Shown here in pieces: positions 46,310 through 54,471 of a stretch of 64,000 nucleotides of DNA (position 1 is its first letter; every line of letters starts with the position of its first letter). Source of the stretch: a virus. Made by a program: the position numbers and the translations under genes. Under the pieces are notes generated by a model, which had not been told where the DNA came from, ran no database searches, and was given only the letters and a program-made list of their open reading frames with translations. The stretch lies in the IMG/VR virus record IMGVR_UViG_3300007734_000749, positions 2,650-66,649 of that record. One strand, given 5' to 3'.

Positions 46310-47350
46310 ATGAGTGTTTTTGATACATTTTTTACTAAGTTTTCTTACAAATTTGATAAGGGCTACCCAGACATGAAAGACCCAAAGGATATAGTTCTGC
46401 TTAAAAAATTAGTTATAGAAACATTAGGTTTAGTAATTGAAGAAAAAGACTATGATGATCAAATATTAGATCTTCTTACTAATTTATCTGATGATGAAGC
46501 AAAGAAAAAAGTAATTGCTTATTTATCTAAGATTAATAAAAAAGAAGACAAAGAAGATAATAAATTAGAAGAAAATATAACTAAACATCTTGTAAATAAA
46601 AACTTAACTGGAGATATAATAGATAGTATTTTATTTAAAGTCATTAAATCTAAACAACTACAAGAATTTTCGGATTATTTAGATAATCCTAACGTTACTC
46701 ATTCTGATTTACTAAATAATAACAACTTAAATTCTTTATTTAATGAAGTCTCACTTAACTCTGACCTAAAAAACACTATTATTAATATATCAGGAGCTTT
46801 AGGAAATATTACTTTTGGTAAAGGAGAAATAGCATTAATAGTATTTTTAAAAGGAGCTATTAAACATAAATCTTCTAAAGAACAAAAAGGAGATATCCAA
46901 ATAGAAGGTCATGTTTTAGAATTAAAACGAGGAAAATTTATTGTAGCTCCTGCTGCTTATATAAGTCGAGCTACTAAAACTGATTTATTTAAGGGTACTA
47001 AATCTAAAGAATTTATTGAAAAATATAATATAGATTTATCATCTAGAACACCTTGGCCTTCACTTATAATTAAAGCTAAGCCTGAAGAAAAAGAAGTAAA
47101 AGAAATTCTAAAGGAAATATACCCTGGATTAGATATAGATATAGATTTATCTAGCCCTGAAGCCTTAAATACGGCTGTAGGTTTAGCATTAGCTAAAGAT
47201 TATTTAGATAATAAAGATTTACTCCTTATAAGTGAACAAAATAAATACATCTGTGTTGAAAACTATAATGCTTTTAAACAGGGGGTTGAGTCTGGATTTA
47301 TAGGATTTAGCCTAGCATCAGACATTATTCCTAGATGTTACATAAATTGA
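46310..47350 (+). CDS. putative PD-(D/E)xK restriction-like nuclease with N-terminal extension
   Basis: GKGE...KGDIQIEGHVLELK motif. Confidence 0.5.
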   Translation: MSVFDTFFTKFSYKFDKGYPDMKDPKDIVLLKKLVIETLGLVIEEKDYDDQILDLLTNLSDDEAKKKVIAYLSKINKKEDKEDNKLEENITKHLVNKNLTGDIIDSILFKVIKSKQLQEFSDYLDNPNVTHSDLLNNNNLNSLFNEVSLNSDLKNTIINISGALGNITFGKGEIALIVFLKGAIKHKSSKEQKGDIQIEGHVLELKRGKFIVAPAAYISRATKTDLFKGTKSKEFIEKYNIDLSSRTPWPSLIIKAKPEEKEVKEILKEIYPGLDIDIDLSSPEALNTAVGLALAKDYLDNKDLLLISEQNKYICVENYNAFKQGVESGFIGFSLASDIIPRCYIN

Positions 47351-47377
47351 TAATATTTATAATAAAAATCTAATACT

Positions 47378-47983
47378 ATGGGATGTGCTTGTGGATGTAA
47401 TACTTGTCATATATCGCCATTACTAAATGAAGCGAAACAGTATGATGCTCCTATATCTGAAAATTTAAGATATCATATAGACAAGAAAATACCGCTTAAT
47501 GAAAGTATATTTAGAGCAGGTTCAAATGCTCATGTCAATTTACTTCAAGAAGCACGTAATCTTTGGAATCAAGGCATTATTGAATTCCAAGATTTAGATA
47601 AAAAACTATTTGAAAACACAGATCTAGGTAAAATAGGTGTTTACGAAGGTAAAGTAGTACCATTAGATTTTCCTATAATGGAAATATTAACTGAAGCAGA
47701 AAAGAAAAAGAAAAATCCTCCTTTAGGAAAACCTAAACGTGGTGGCTCAAAGAAATTTTATGTTTATGTAAGAGATCCTAAAACTAAAAACATTAAAAAA
47801 GTGTCATTTGGTCAAGTAGGAATGTCTGCAAAAATTAATGATCCAAAAGCACGTCAAGCATTTGCTAAAAGACATAAGTGTGCTCAAAAAACAGATAAAA
47901 CTAAACCTAGTTATTGGTCCTGTCGCTTACCTAGATATGCTAAATTATTAGGTCTAAAATCAACATTCTCAGGATTCTGGTAA
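47378..47983 (+). CDS. hypothetical protein with basic C-terminal module
   Basis: LTE|AEKKK...KKFYVYV...KKVSFG...FAKRHKC...YWSC. Confidence 0.7.
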   Translation: MGCACGCNTCHISPLLNEAKQYDAPISENLRYHIDKKIPLNESIFRAGSNAHVNLLQEARNLWNQGIIEFQDLDKKLFENTDLGKIGVYEGKVVPLDFPIMEILTEAEKKKKNPPLGKPKRGGSKKFYVYVRDPKTKNIKKVSFGQVGMSAKINDPKARQAFAKRHKCAQKTDKTKPSYWSCRLPRYAKLLGLKSTFSGFW

Positions 47984-47986
47984 GAT

Positions 47987-49168
47987 ATGGCAAACGATTT
48001 AAAAACATATGGTGATTTAAAAAAAGCTATTAAATCTATCACTACCAAGCAAAAAGGAGAAAAAATTGCCGGAGTAGCAGCTGATGTCCTTGCTGGTTTT
48101 ATACCAGGTGCTGATGCTGCAAAAACTACAGTAGGCTTTGTAAAAGCTCTAATGGCAAAACCAGATAATAAAAAAACTAAAACTTGGTTAGATAAGTTAG
48201 ATGTAGATGATAAATTTTCTAAAATAGTTGATGATACTGTAGAAAATGGATTCATAGATAGTATATCTCAAGATATTGCATCTAAATCTGATGATGAATC
48301 TTTAGATCCTAATTTTAACATGAATGATAAATTATCCCAATATTTAAAAGCTAAATATTCTGGTAGAACTGTGACTGGAGTATCTGAAATTATTAGAGAA
48401 ATATTATTAGAAGCTGGCTTTTCTTTTACTCCTAAAAAAGGAGGAGTAGGGGGTAGAAGATATATTCCTAAATTTTTTACTTTAGAAAAATCTATTAGAG
48501 ATCAATTTAGTGATCTTATTAAATTTTATGGAGGAGTAATGTATGTTGACCCTCAAGTTCCTATTGCTTTAGGATACTTAGAAAGAGGCAGACAATCATA
48601 TGAAAAAACCCAAAATTTTCCTTCATTAACCAAAGCCCTTCAAGACAAGCTCCCTCAACCTATTAGATTAGCCATTAAAAAAGGAGTAGAAGACCAGAAA
48701 TTAGTAAATGTTGGTGATAAACAAATGATTCCATTAGATTTAGAAATTACTAGAGATGAATTTGGGAATTATTTAATTAAAAATCCATATACTACTCTAG
48801 ACGAATATAAGTTATTCTTAACAGAAATGTTAATTTTAGAAAAAAAAAACGTATCTAATATTTATCAATTAGAATCATTATTAGTTACTGATACTAGTGT
48901 TCGTAACCAAGCTGAAATCCTTTCTGATATTCGTTCTTTACCTGGAGTTACTATTGTATCTACAGACCCATTAAATCCAAGTCAAACAGTTCAAAATAAA
49001 GATAGAGTTGAATCTAAACTTTATTTAAAAATTGACCCACATCCTTTTTTAGGTAAAGGAGGATTTGGAGACGAAGAACTCGATTCCATATACTCTAGCA
49101 TTAAAAAAATCAAAGGTGTTACCGTATTTAGAGTAATTGGTAAACCTATTAAAAAAACACTACGATGA
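47987..49168 (+). CDS. multi-module hypothetical protein
   Basis: Three segments separated by EIIREILLE|A and LTEMLILE|K; last has DIRSLPGVTIV. Confidence 0.65.
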   Translation: MANDLKTYGDLKKAIKSITTKQKGEKIAGVAADVLAGFIPGADAAKTTVGFVKALMAKPDNKKTKTWLDKLDVDDKFSKIVDDTVENGFIDSISQDIASKSDDESLDPNFNMNDKLSQYLKAKYSGRTVTGVSEIIREILLEAGFSFTPKKGGVGGRRYIPKFFTLEKSIRDQFSDLIKFYGGVMYVDPQVPIALGYLERGRQSYEKTQNFPSLTKALQDKLPQPIRLAIKKGVEDQKLVNVGDKQMIPLDLEITRDEFGNYLIKNPYTTLDEYKLFLTEMLILEKKNVSNIYQLESLLVTDTSVRNQAEILSDIRSLPGVTIVSTDPLNPSQTVQNKDRVESKLYLKIDPHPFLGKGGFGDEELDSIYSSIKKIKGVTVFRVIGKPIKKTLR

Positions 49169-49422
49169 TTAAATTAGTAGATTTACTTAAAGAAGGAAAA
49201 AAAGAAAAATATCCTCCTTACATGTATTCACCTGTAGGATTTGGTTGCCATGTTTGTGAATATTATTATATGGAAGATAACAAGCACTATTGTAATAATA
49301 AAGAATACCAAAGTTATATGGGTACTAATGAATTAGTAGATAATGAAGGTAACCAAATTCAAGATCCATCTAAATGGTGTTCAAATTGGTTTCACCCTAA
49401 AGAAAAAGATGAAACCATATAA
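49165..49422 (+). CDS. small Cys4 metal-binding protein (HiPIP-like spacing)
   Basis: MIKLVDLLKE leader; CHVCEYY...C...WCSNWF. Confidence 0.55.
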   Translation: MIKLVDLLKEGKKEKYPPYMYSPVGFGCHVCEYYYMEDNKHYCNNKEYQSYMGTNELVDNEGNQIQDPSKWCSNWFHPKEKDETI

Positions 49423-49669
49423 AGATATAGAAGTAACATATACTTATATTATTCGTGAATTTGACGAAAATATAGATCCTATTGAACTAAAATGGCATCG
49501 TGATAAAGAAGACCGTTTAGTAGAAATTATAGGAGAAACAAATTGGCAAATACAACTTGAAAACCAATTACCAACTTCTATAAATTATCAAATATTTATA
49601 CCAAAATACGAGTGGCATCGTATTATTAAAGGAACAGGAACACTAAAATTAAAAATACACAAATCATGA
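49409..49669 (+). CDS. small cupin-like protein
   Basis: WHRD.EDR and IFIP..EWHR motifs; ATG at 49409 preferred. Confidence 0.6.
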   Translation: MKPYKDIEVTYTYIIREFDENIDPIELKWHRDKEDRLVEIIGETNWQIQLENQLPTSINYQIFIPKYEWHRIIKGTGTLKLKIHKS

Positions 49670-50067
49670 AAAAATCAGATTTAAAAAATATCATTCAAGA
49701 AGAAATTGAAAATATGTTAAATGAAAATATTACTCCTATAAGTGATTTAGGTGATGTAGTTCCTTTTCTTAATGCTAATAAGGAAAAAATTTTTCAAATA
49801 GCTGATGAATATAAAGGAGATACTATGTCTATGCAAGCTGCATTAAATAATTTTCTAGCCCCATACATTGAAAACACCCCAGAATTTATAGTTACTAGAA
49901 TGAAAGCAGCTATTGGTAGTGCAATATTAAGAAGAAATGTTGCTGCTAATCCTAAATCACAAGCAGCATATGATGAATTAAAAAACACATTAAATAAAAG
50001 AAATAATCCAATGAATGAATCATTTCTTAAAATGCAAAAATTAGCTGGTATTATTACTGAAAATTAA
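49666..50067 (+). CDS. candidate internal head protein
   Basis: MKKSDLKNIIQEEI leader and C-terminal KMQKLAGIITEN. Confidence 0.65.
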   Translation: MKKSDLKNIIQEEIENMLNENITPISDLGDVVPFLNANKEKIFQIADEYKGDTMSMQAALNNFLAPYIENTPEFIVTRMKAAIGSAILRRNVAANPKSQAAYDELKNTLNKRNNPMNESFLKMQKLAGIITEN

Positions 50068-50125
50068 ACCCTAACATATAGACAGATTCATAGCCTGTCG
50101 CTTAAAAAAATAAATTATGGTAGCT

Positions 50126-50158
50126 GTGGCACCCCTAAAAAGGTGCCACTTTTATTTT
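50126..50158 (+). terminator. Rho-independent terminator
   Basis: GTGGCACC-N8-GGTGCCAC then TTTTATTTT. Confidence 0.85.
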
Positions 50159-50193
50159 GGCTTATTAAATAAATTTTATTATCTTTATAAAGT

Positions 50194-51519
50194 ATGAATA
50201 AAAAAATAGTAATTATAGGTGCAGGAGTAGCTGGTATAAATGCAGCTACTAAATTAGTTGACAATGGTTACCCTGGTAACTTAATCACAATTATAGACAA
50301 AGGTAATGACCCTCATAACCGTTTACCTGAAGAAGTAATGACAGGTATGCTCGGTGCAGGAGGATGGAGTGATGGTAAATTAACTTATCACACTGCAATT
50401 GGAGGTGTATTATCAAAATATTGTGGTGAAGAAAAAGCAATGGAATTAATGGATCAAGTCATTAGCAACTTTAGACGTTTCCATCCTAAACCAGAAGAAA
50501 TATTTTGCTCTGATCCACAAGCAGAACCTGATTTTATTAAACCATATTTTGGATTACGTTTATTCCCAGTATGGCATATTGGTTCAAATTATCTACATGA
50601 GATTGCTAAAGCATGGTATTCATATTTAGTTGATAATGGTGTTAGTTTTATGTGGAATACCGAAATCACTAATCTAAATTTATCTAATAATTGGGTTAAT
50701 TATATAGATAGTCTTAACGAAAAAGAAGCTATTACCTATGATACCCTAATATTTGCAGTAGGTAAATCAGGTATTGATTTTGCCCAAAAAACATCTAATC
50801 AATATAATCTCCCTACAGAACCTAAATCAGTTCAAATTGGGGTCCGTTTTGAAGCACCACAAAAATACTTTCAAAAACTAATTGATATTAGTTATGATTT
50901 TAAACTATATCAAAAGTTTGATAATGTATCATTACGCTCATTCTGTACTAATAATAACGCAGCTTATGTAGCAGTAGAAGAAACATATGGTGATATTAGT
51001 TACAACGGTCATGCTAAAAAAGGTGAACAATTCAGAAATGATATGACCAATTTTGGTATTTTAATGGAAATTAAAGGCATTGAAAATCCGTTTGAATGGT
51101 CAAGAAAAGTAGTAAGTGAATGTAATATAATTGATGGACAAACAGAAGAAAACTTAGGTGGTATATATTACTCACCAAATCAAACTAGACAACCATCAAA
51201 TACTTCAGAAGGAGAAAGAGTCAAATCTCATCAATCTCCTAAACAAATATTACCTTTAGTACGAAATGCTTTTGGTGGTTATTTTGAACATATTGAAAAC
51301 TTTATTGACCAAATGAATAAAGTATTTGAATTTGGTGATGATTGGGGAATGTATATTCCTGAAGTAAAGTATTTATCTCCTGAACCATTAGTAGACTATA
51401 AAAACTTAGCGTTAGTAGACTATCCAAATGTACACTTTGTAGGTGATGCCTTATCTGCTCGTGGTATTACAGTTAGTGGTGCTCAAGGAATTTATGTAGC
51501 TGAAAGTTTAATAAAATAA
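50194..51519 (+). CDS. FAD/NAD(P)-dependent oxidoreductase
   Basis: IVIIGAGVAG Rossmann motif, GAGGWSDGKL, IGVRFE, RSFC, FVGD..RGI. Confidence 0.85.
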   Translation: MNKKIVIIGAGVAGINAATKLVDNGYPGNLITIIDKGNDPHNRLPEEVMTGMLGAGGWSDGKLTYHTAIGGVLSKYCGEEKAMELMDQVISNFRRFHPKPEEIFCSDPQAEPDFIKPYFGLRLFPVWHIGSNYLHEIAKAWYSYLVDNGVSFMWNTEITNLNLSNNWVNYIDSLNEKEAITYDTLIFAVGKSGIDFAQKTSNQYNLPTEPKSVQIGVRFEAPQKYFQKLIDISYDFKLYQKFDNVSLRSFCTNNNAAYVAVEETYGDISYNGHAKKGEQFRNDMTNFGILMEIKGIENPFEWSRKVVSECNIIDGQTEENLGGIYYSPNQTRQPSNTSEGERVKSHQSPKQILPLVRNAFGGYFEHIENFIDQMNKVFEFGDDWGMYIPEVKYLSPEPLVDYKNLALVDYPNVHFVGDALSARGITVSGAQGIYVAESLIK

Positions 51520-51526
51520 AAAAGTT

Positions 51527-51763
51527 ATGCCAATAGATCAAACATTACAAGTTAAAAAATTTACATCAACTGATGGAACAATACGTTATATGAAAGATGG
51601 TAAACTACATAACTGGGAAGGACCAGCTGTAATTCATCCTGATGGTAAAGAAGAATATTTTATTAATGGTTTTCAACATACCAAGGATAGTTGGAAAAAA
51701 GCTAGAAAAGATGGTATTGGATTACCTTGGTATAAATCAAGTGTGGCTAAAGCTAGATTTTAA
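51527..51763 (+). CDS. small protein with GKLH..xGPAV repeat unit
   Basis: GKLHNWEGPAVIHPDGKEEYFING. Confidence 0.65.
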   Translation: MPIDQTLQVKKFTSTDGTIRYMKDGKLHNWEGPAVIHPDGKEEYFINGFQHTKDSWKKARKDGIGLPWYKSSVAKARF

Positions 51764-51776
51764 TTATCTTTAAAAT

Positions 51777-52307
51777 ATGAAAATAGGATTTTGTGGTACA
51801 ATGAGTGTAGGTAAATCTACACTTGTACATGCTTTAAAAGAATTACCTGAATTTAAAGATTATTTCTTTGCTACTGAACGTAGTAAATACTTACGTGATT
51901 TAGGTATCCCATTAAACACAGATAGTACATTAAAAGGTCAAACAATATTCTTAGCTGAGCGTTGTTCTGAATTAATGAGGGAAAATGTTATTACTGATAG
52001 AACAATAATTGATGTAATGGCATTTGCTGAATGTGCTCAATCAATTGAGAAAAATGAAAAACAGTCTTTTATTAATTATGCTTCTCAATTCATTAAAGAA
52101 TATGATTATATATTTTATATTTCTCCTACTGGGGTAGAAATTGAAGATAATGGTGTTAGAGAAACAAATATTGAATATCGTAATTTAATTGATATTTCTA
52201 TAAAATCTTTAATTAAATCTAATATAGATAGTTTTCAAAACTTTGGTATAATTACAGGCACTGTAGAAGAAAGAATTAAACAAGTTAAATTTTATTTAAA
52301 GTTTTAA
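51777..52307 (+). CDS. P-loop nucleoside/nucleotide kinase (NadR/AAA_28-like)
   Basis: GTMSVGKST, ITDRT, EDNGVR, GTVEER. Confidence 0.75.
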   Translation: MKIGFCGTMSVGKSTLVHALKELPEFKDYFFATERSKYLRDLGIPLNTDSTLKGQTIFLAERCSELMRENVITDRTIIDVMAFAECAQSIEKNEKQSFINYASQFIKEYDYIFYISPTGVEIEDNGVRETNIEYRNLIDISIKSLIKSNIDSFQNFGIITGTVEERIKQVKFYLKF

Positions 52308-52334
52308 TATTTATAATCAAAATTTTACTATAAA

Positions 52335-52820
52335 ATGAAACAACTTGATCTTTTAAGAAAACTCGTTAAAGAAACCCTTGAAGAAAAGGGACTTGATGAA
52401 ATGGCTCGTTTAGCCACTGGATATAAACTTACAGACAATTGGGAAGAAGCTTTTGCTTCATTGCCTCCTAATGTACAAAAATCCACTAGATTCCTTAGAG
52501 TCATTGACCATCTTAAAGAAAATCCTGGAGCTGAAATGAAAGATATAGCACTAGCCCAATTTGGTCCTAATGCTGATACTCCTGCAGTTAACCCACAAAT
52601 ACGTGCTTTACTAGATGCAGGTGTAGTTGAAAAAACAGGATATACAACTCCAAAAGCAATAAAAACTGAACCAACTGGTACTAGAGGTCGTCCAAAAGTT
52701 ACTAACGATGAATTAAAGATGATGGGTGCTCGTATAGCTTTAAAATTTGCTAAAGGAGATTCATCATATACCCCTGAAGAAGTAGAATATATCCAAAATC
52801 TCTATAATTCTTTACCTTAA
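52335..52820 (+). CDS. hypothetical protein, possible winged-helix DNA-binding
   Basis: LLRKLVKETLEE..LDE|MAR leader; helix-turn-helix-like core; RGRP. Confidence 0.55.
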   Translation: MKQLDLLRKLVKETLEEKGLDEMARLATGYKLTDNWEEAFASLPPNVQKSTRFLRVIDHLKENPGAEMKDIALAQFGPNADTPAVNPQIRALLDAGVVEKTGYTTPKAIKTEPTGTRGRPKVTNDELKMMGARIALKFAKGDSSYTPEEVEYIQNLYNSLP

Positions 52821-52884
52821 TTATTTATTCTTGGTCTAAACTTGGGGAAAACAAGATAATTAGTTATATTAACATATGTAATTT

Positions 52885-54456
52885 ATGAGTCAACCCAATT
52901 TAAAAGATATAATTCGCCAAGAATATCTTAAGTGTGTTCAAGATCCGGCACACTTTATGAAAAAATACTGTTATATTCAACATCCCCAACGTGGGAGAGT
53001 AGTATTTAATTTATATCCTTTTCAAGGTAAAGTATTAAACTTATGGAAAGATAATCCATATTCAATAGTTCTTAAATCCCGACAACTAGGAATTTCAACA
53101 TTAGCCGCAGGTTATTCTCTGTGGCTAATGTTGTTTCATAAAGATAAAAATGTACTTTGTATAGCTACTAAACAGGAAACTGCTCGTAACATGGTTACTA
53201 AGGTTAAGTTTATGTTTGATAATTTACCTTCTTGGTTAAAAATACAAGCCGAAGAAAACAATAAATTATCATTACGACTTAGTAATGGATCCCAAATCAA
53301 AGCCACATCAGCTAGTAGTGATGCCGGTCGTTCAGAAGCAGTATCTCTCTTATTAATTGATGAAGCAGCATTTATTGAAGGAATTGGTGAAATATGGGCT
53401 TCAGCCCAACAAACCTTAGCAACTGGTGGTGGAGCAATAGTATTATCTACTCCATATGGTACTGGTAACTGGTTTCATCAAACATGGGCTAGAGCAGAAG
53501 CACAAGAAAATGATTTTTTACCAATTAAATTACCATGGTTTGTCCATCCTGAACGAGATGAAGCATGGAGAAAACGCCAAGATGAATTACTAGGTGATCC
53601 TAGATTAGCATCCCAAGAATGTGACTGTGATTTTAATACATCAGGTGATGTAGTATTCTACCCAGAATGGCTTGAATTTATATCTCAAACTACTATTAAA
53701 GACCCTTTAGAAAGAAGAGGAGCCGATCAAAATTTATGGATATGGGAACCTGCAGATTATTCTAGAGATTATATGGTAGTAGCAGATGTTGCTAGAGGTG
53801 ATAGTAAAGATTTTTCTGCATTTCATGTAATAGATGTTGCTACTAATACTCAAGTAGCTGAATATAAAGGACAACTTCCTCCTAAAGAATTTGGTTATTT
53901 ACTTTGTGCTATTGCTACTGAATATAACCAAGCATTATTAGTAGTAGAGAATGCTAATATAGGATGGTCAACATTAGATGCTATACAAGAAAGAGGATAC
54001 CGAAACCTATATTTTTCCCCTAAAGGAGATTCAGTAACAGCAGAATCTTTCTATGACCAATTCTCAGATACTTCTAAAATGACCCCTGGATTTACAATGT
54101 CACTTAGAACCAGACCTTTAGTAATTAATAAGTTTAGAGAATATATAGGTGACCAAAGTGTTACTATACAGTCAAAACGTTTATTAGAAGAAATGAAAGT
54201 TTTTATCTGGAAAAATGGTCGTCCTGAAGCTCAATCTGGTTATAATGATGACTTAATAATGAGTTTTGGCATAGCAATGTTTTTAAGAGATACTTCTTTA
54301 AAATTTAGACAACAAAACTTAGACGCTGCTCGCGCTGCATTGAATAATGTAAAATCAAATAATCCCCTAGCTGGTGTTTATTCTCCTAGTAAAAATAATA
54401 ATCCATATAACATAGATATAAATGGACAAAGAGAAGACATCACCTGGTTATTATAA
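52885..54456 (+). CDS. terminase large subunit (T4 gp17-like)
   Basis: KSRQLGIST, LLIDEAAF, STPYG, ADVARG, VENANIG, DDLIMS. Confidence 0.95.
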   Translation: MSQPNLKDIIRQEYLKCVQDPAHFMKKYCYIQHPQRGRVVFNLYPFQGKVLNLWKDNPYSIVLKSRQLGISTLAAGYSLWLMLFHKDKNVLCIATKQETARNMVTKVKFMFDNLPSWLKIQAEENNKLSLRLSNGSQIKATSASSDAGRSEAVSLLLIDEAAFIEGIGEIWASAQQTLATGGGAIVLSTPYGTGNWFHQTWARAEAQENDFLPIKLPWFVHPERDEAWRKRQDELLGDPRLASQECDCDFNTSGDVVFYPEWLEFISQTTIKDPLERRGADQNLWIWEPADYSRDYMVVADVARGDSKDFSAFHVIDVATNTQVAEYKGQLPPKEFGYLLCAIATEYNQALLVVENANIGWSTLDAIQERGYRNLYFSPKGDSVTAESFYDQFSDTSKMTPGFTMSLRTRPLVINKFREYIGDQSVTIQSKRLLEEMKVFIWKNGRPEAQSGYNDDLIMSFGIAMFLRDTSLKFRQQNLDAARAALNNVKSNNPLAGVYSPSKNNNPYNIDINGQREDITWLL

Positions 54457-54471
54457 TATTTATAAATAAAA

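Noticed and set aside
52885-52930. Terminase N-terminus NLKDIIRQE as a capsid-address leader
   Set aside because: Resembles the normal first helix of gp17-like terminases and no LxE site follows; likely coincidental
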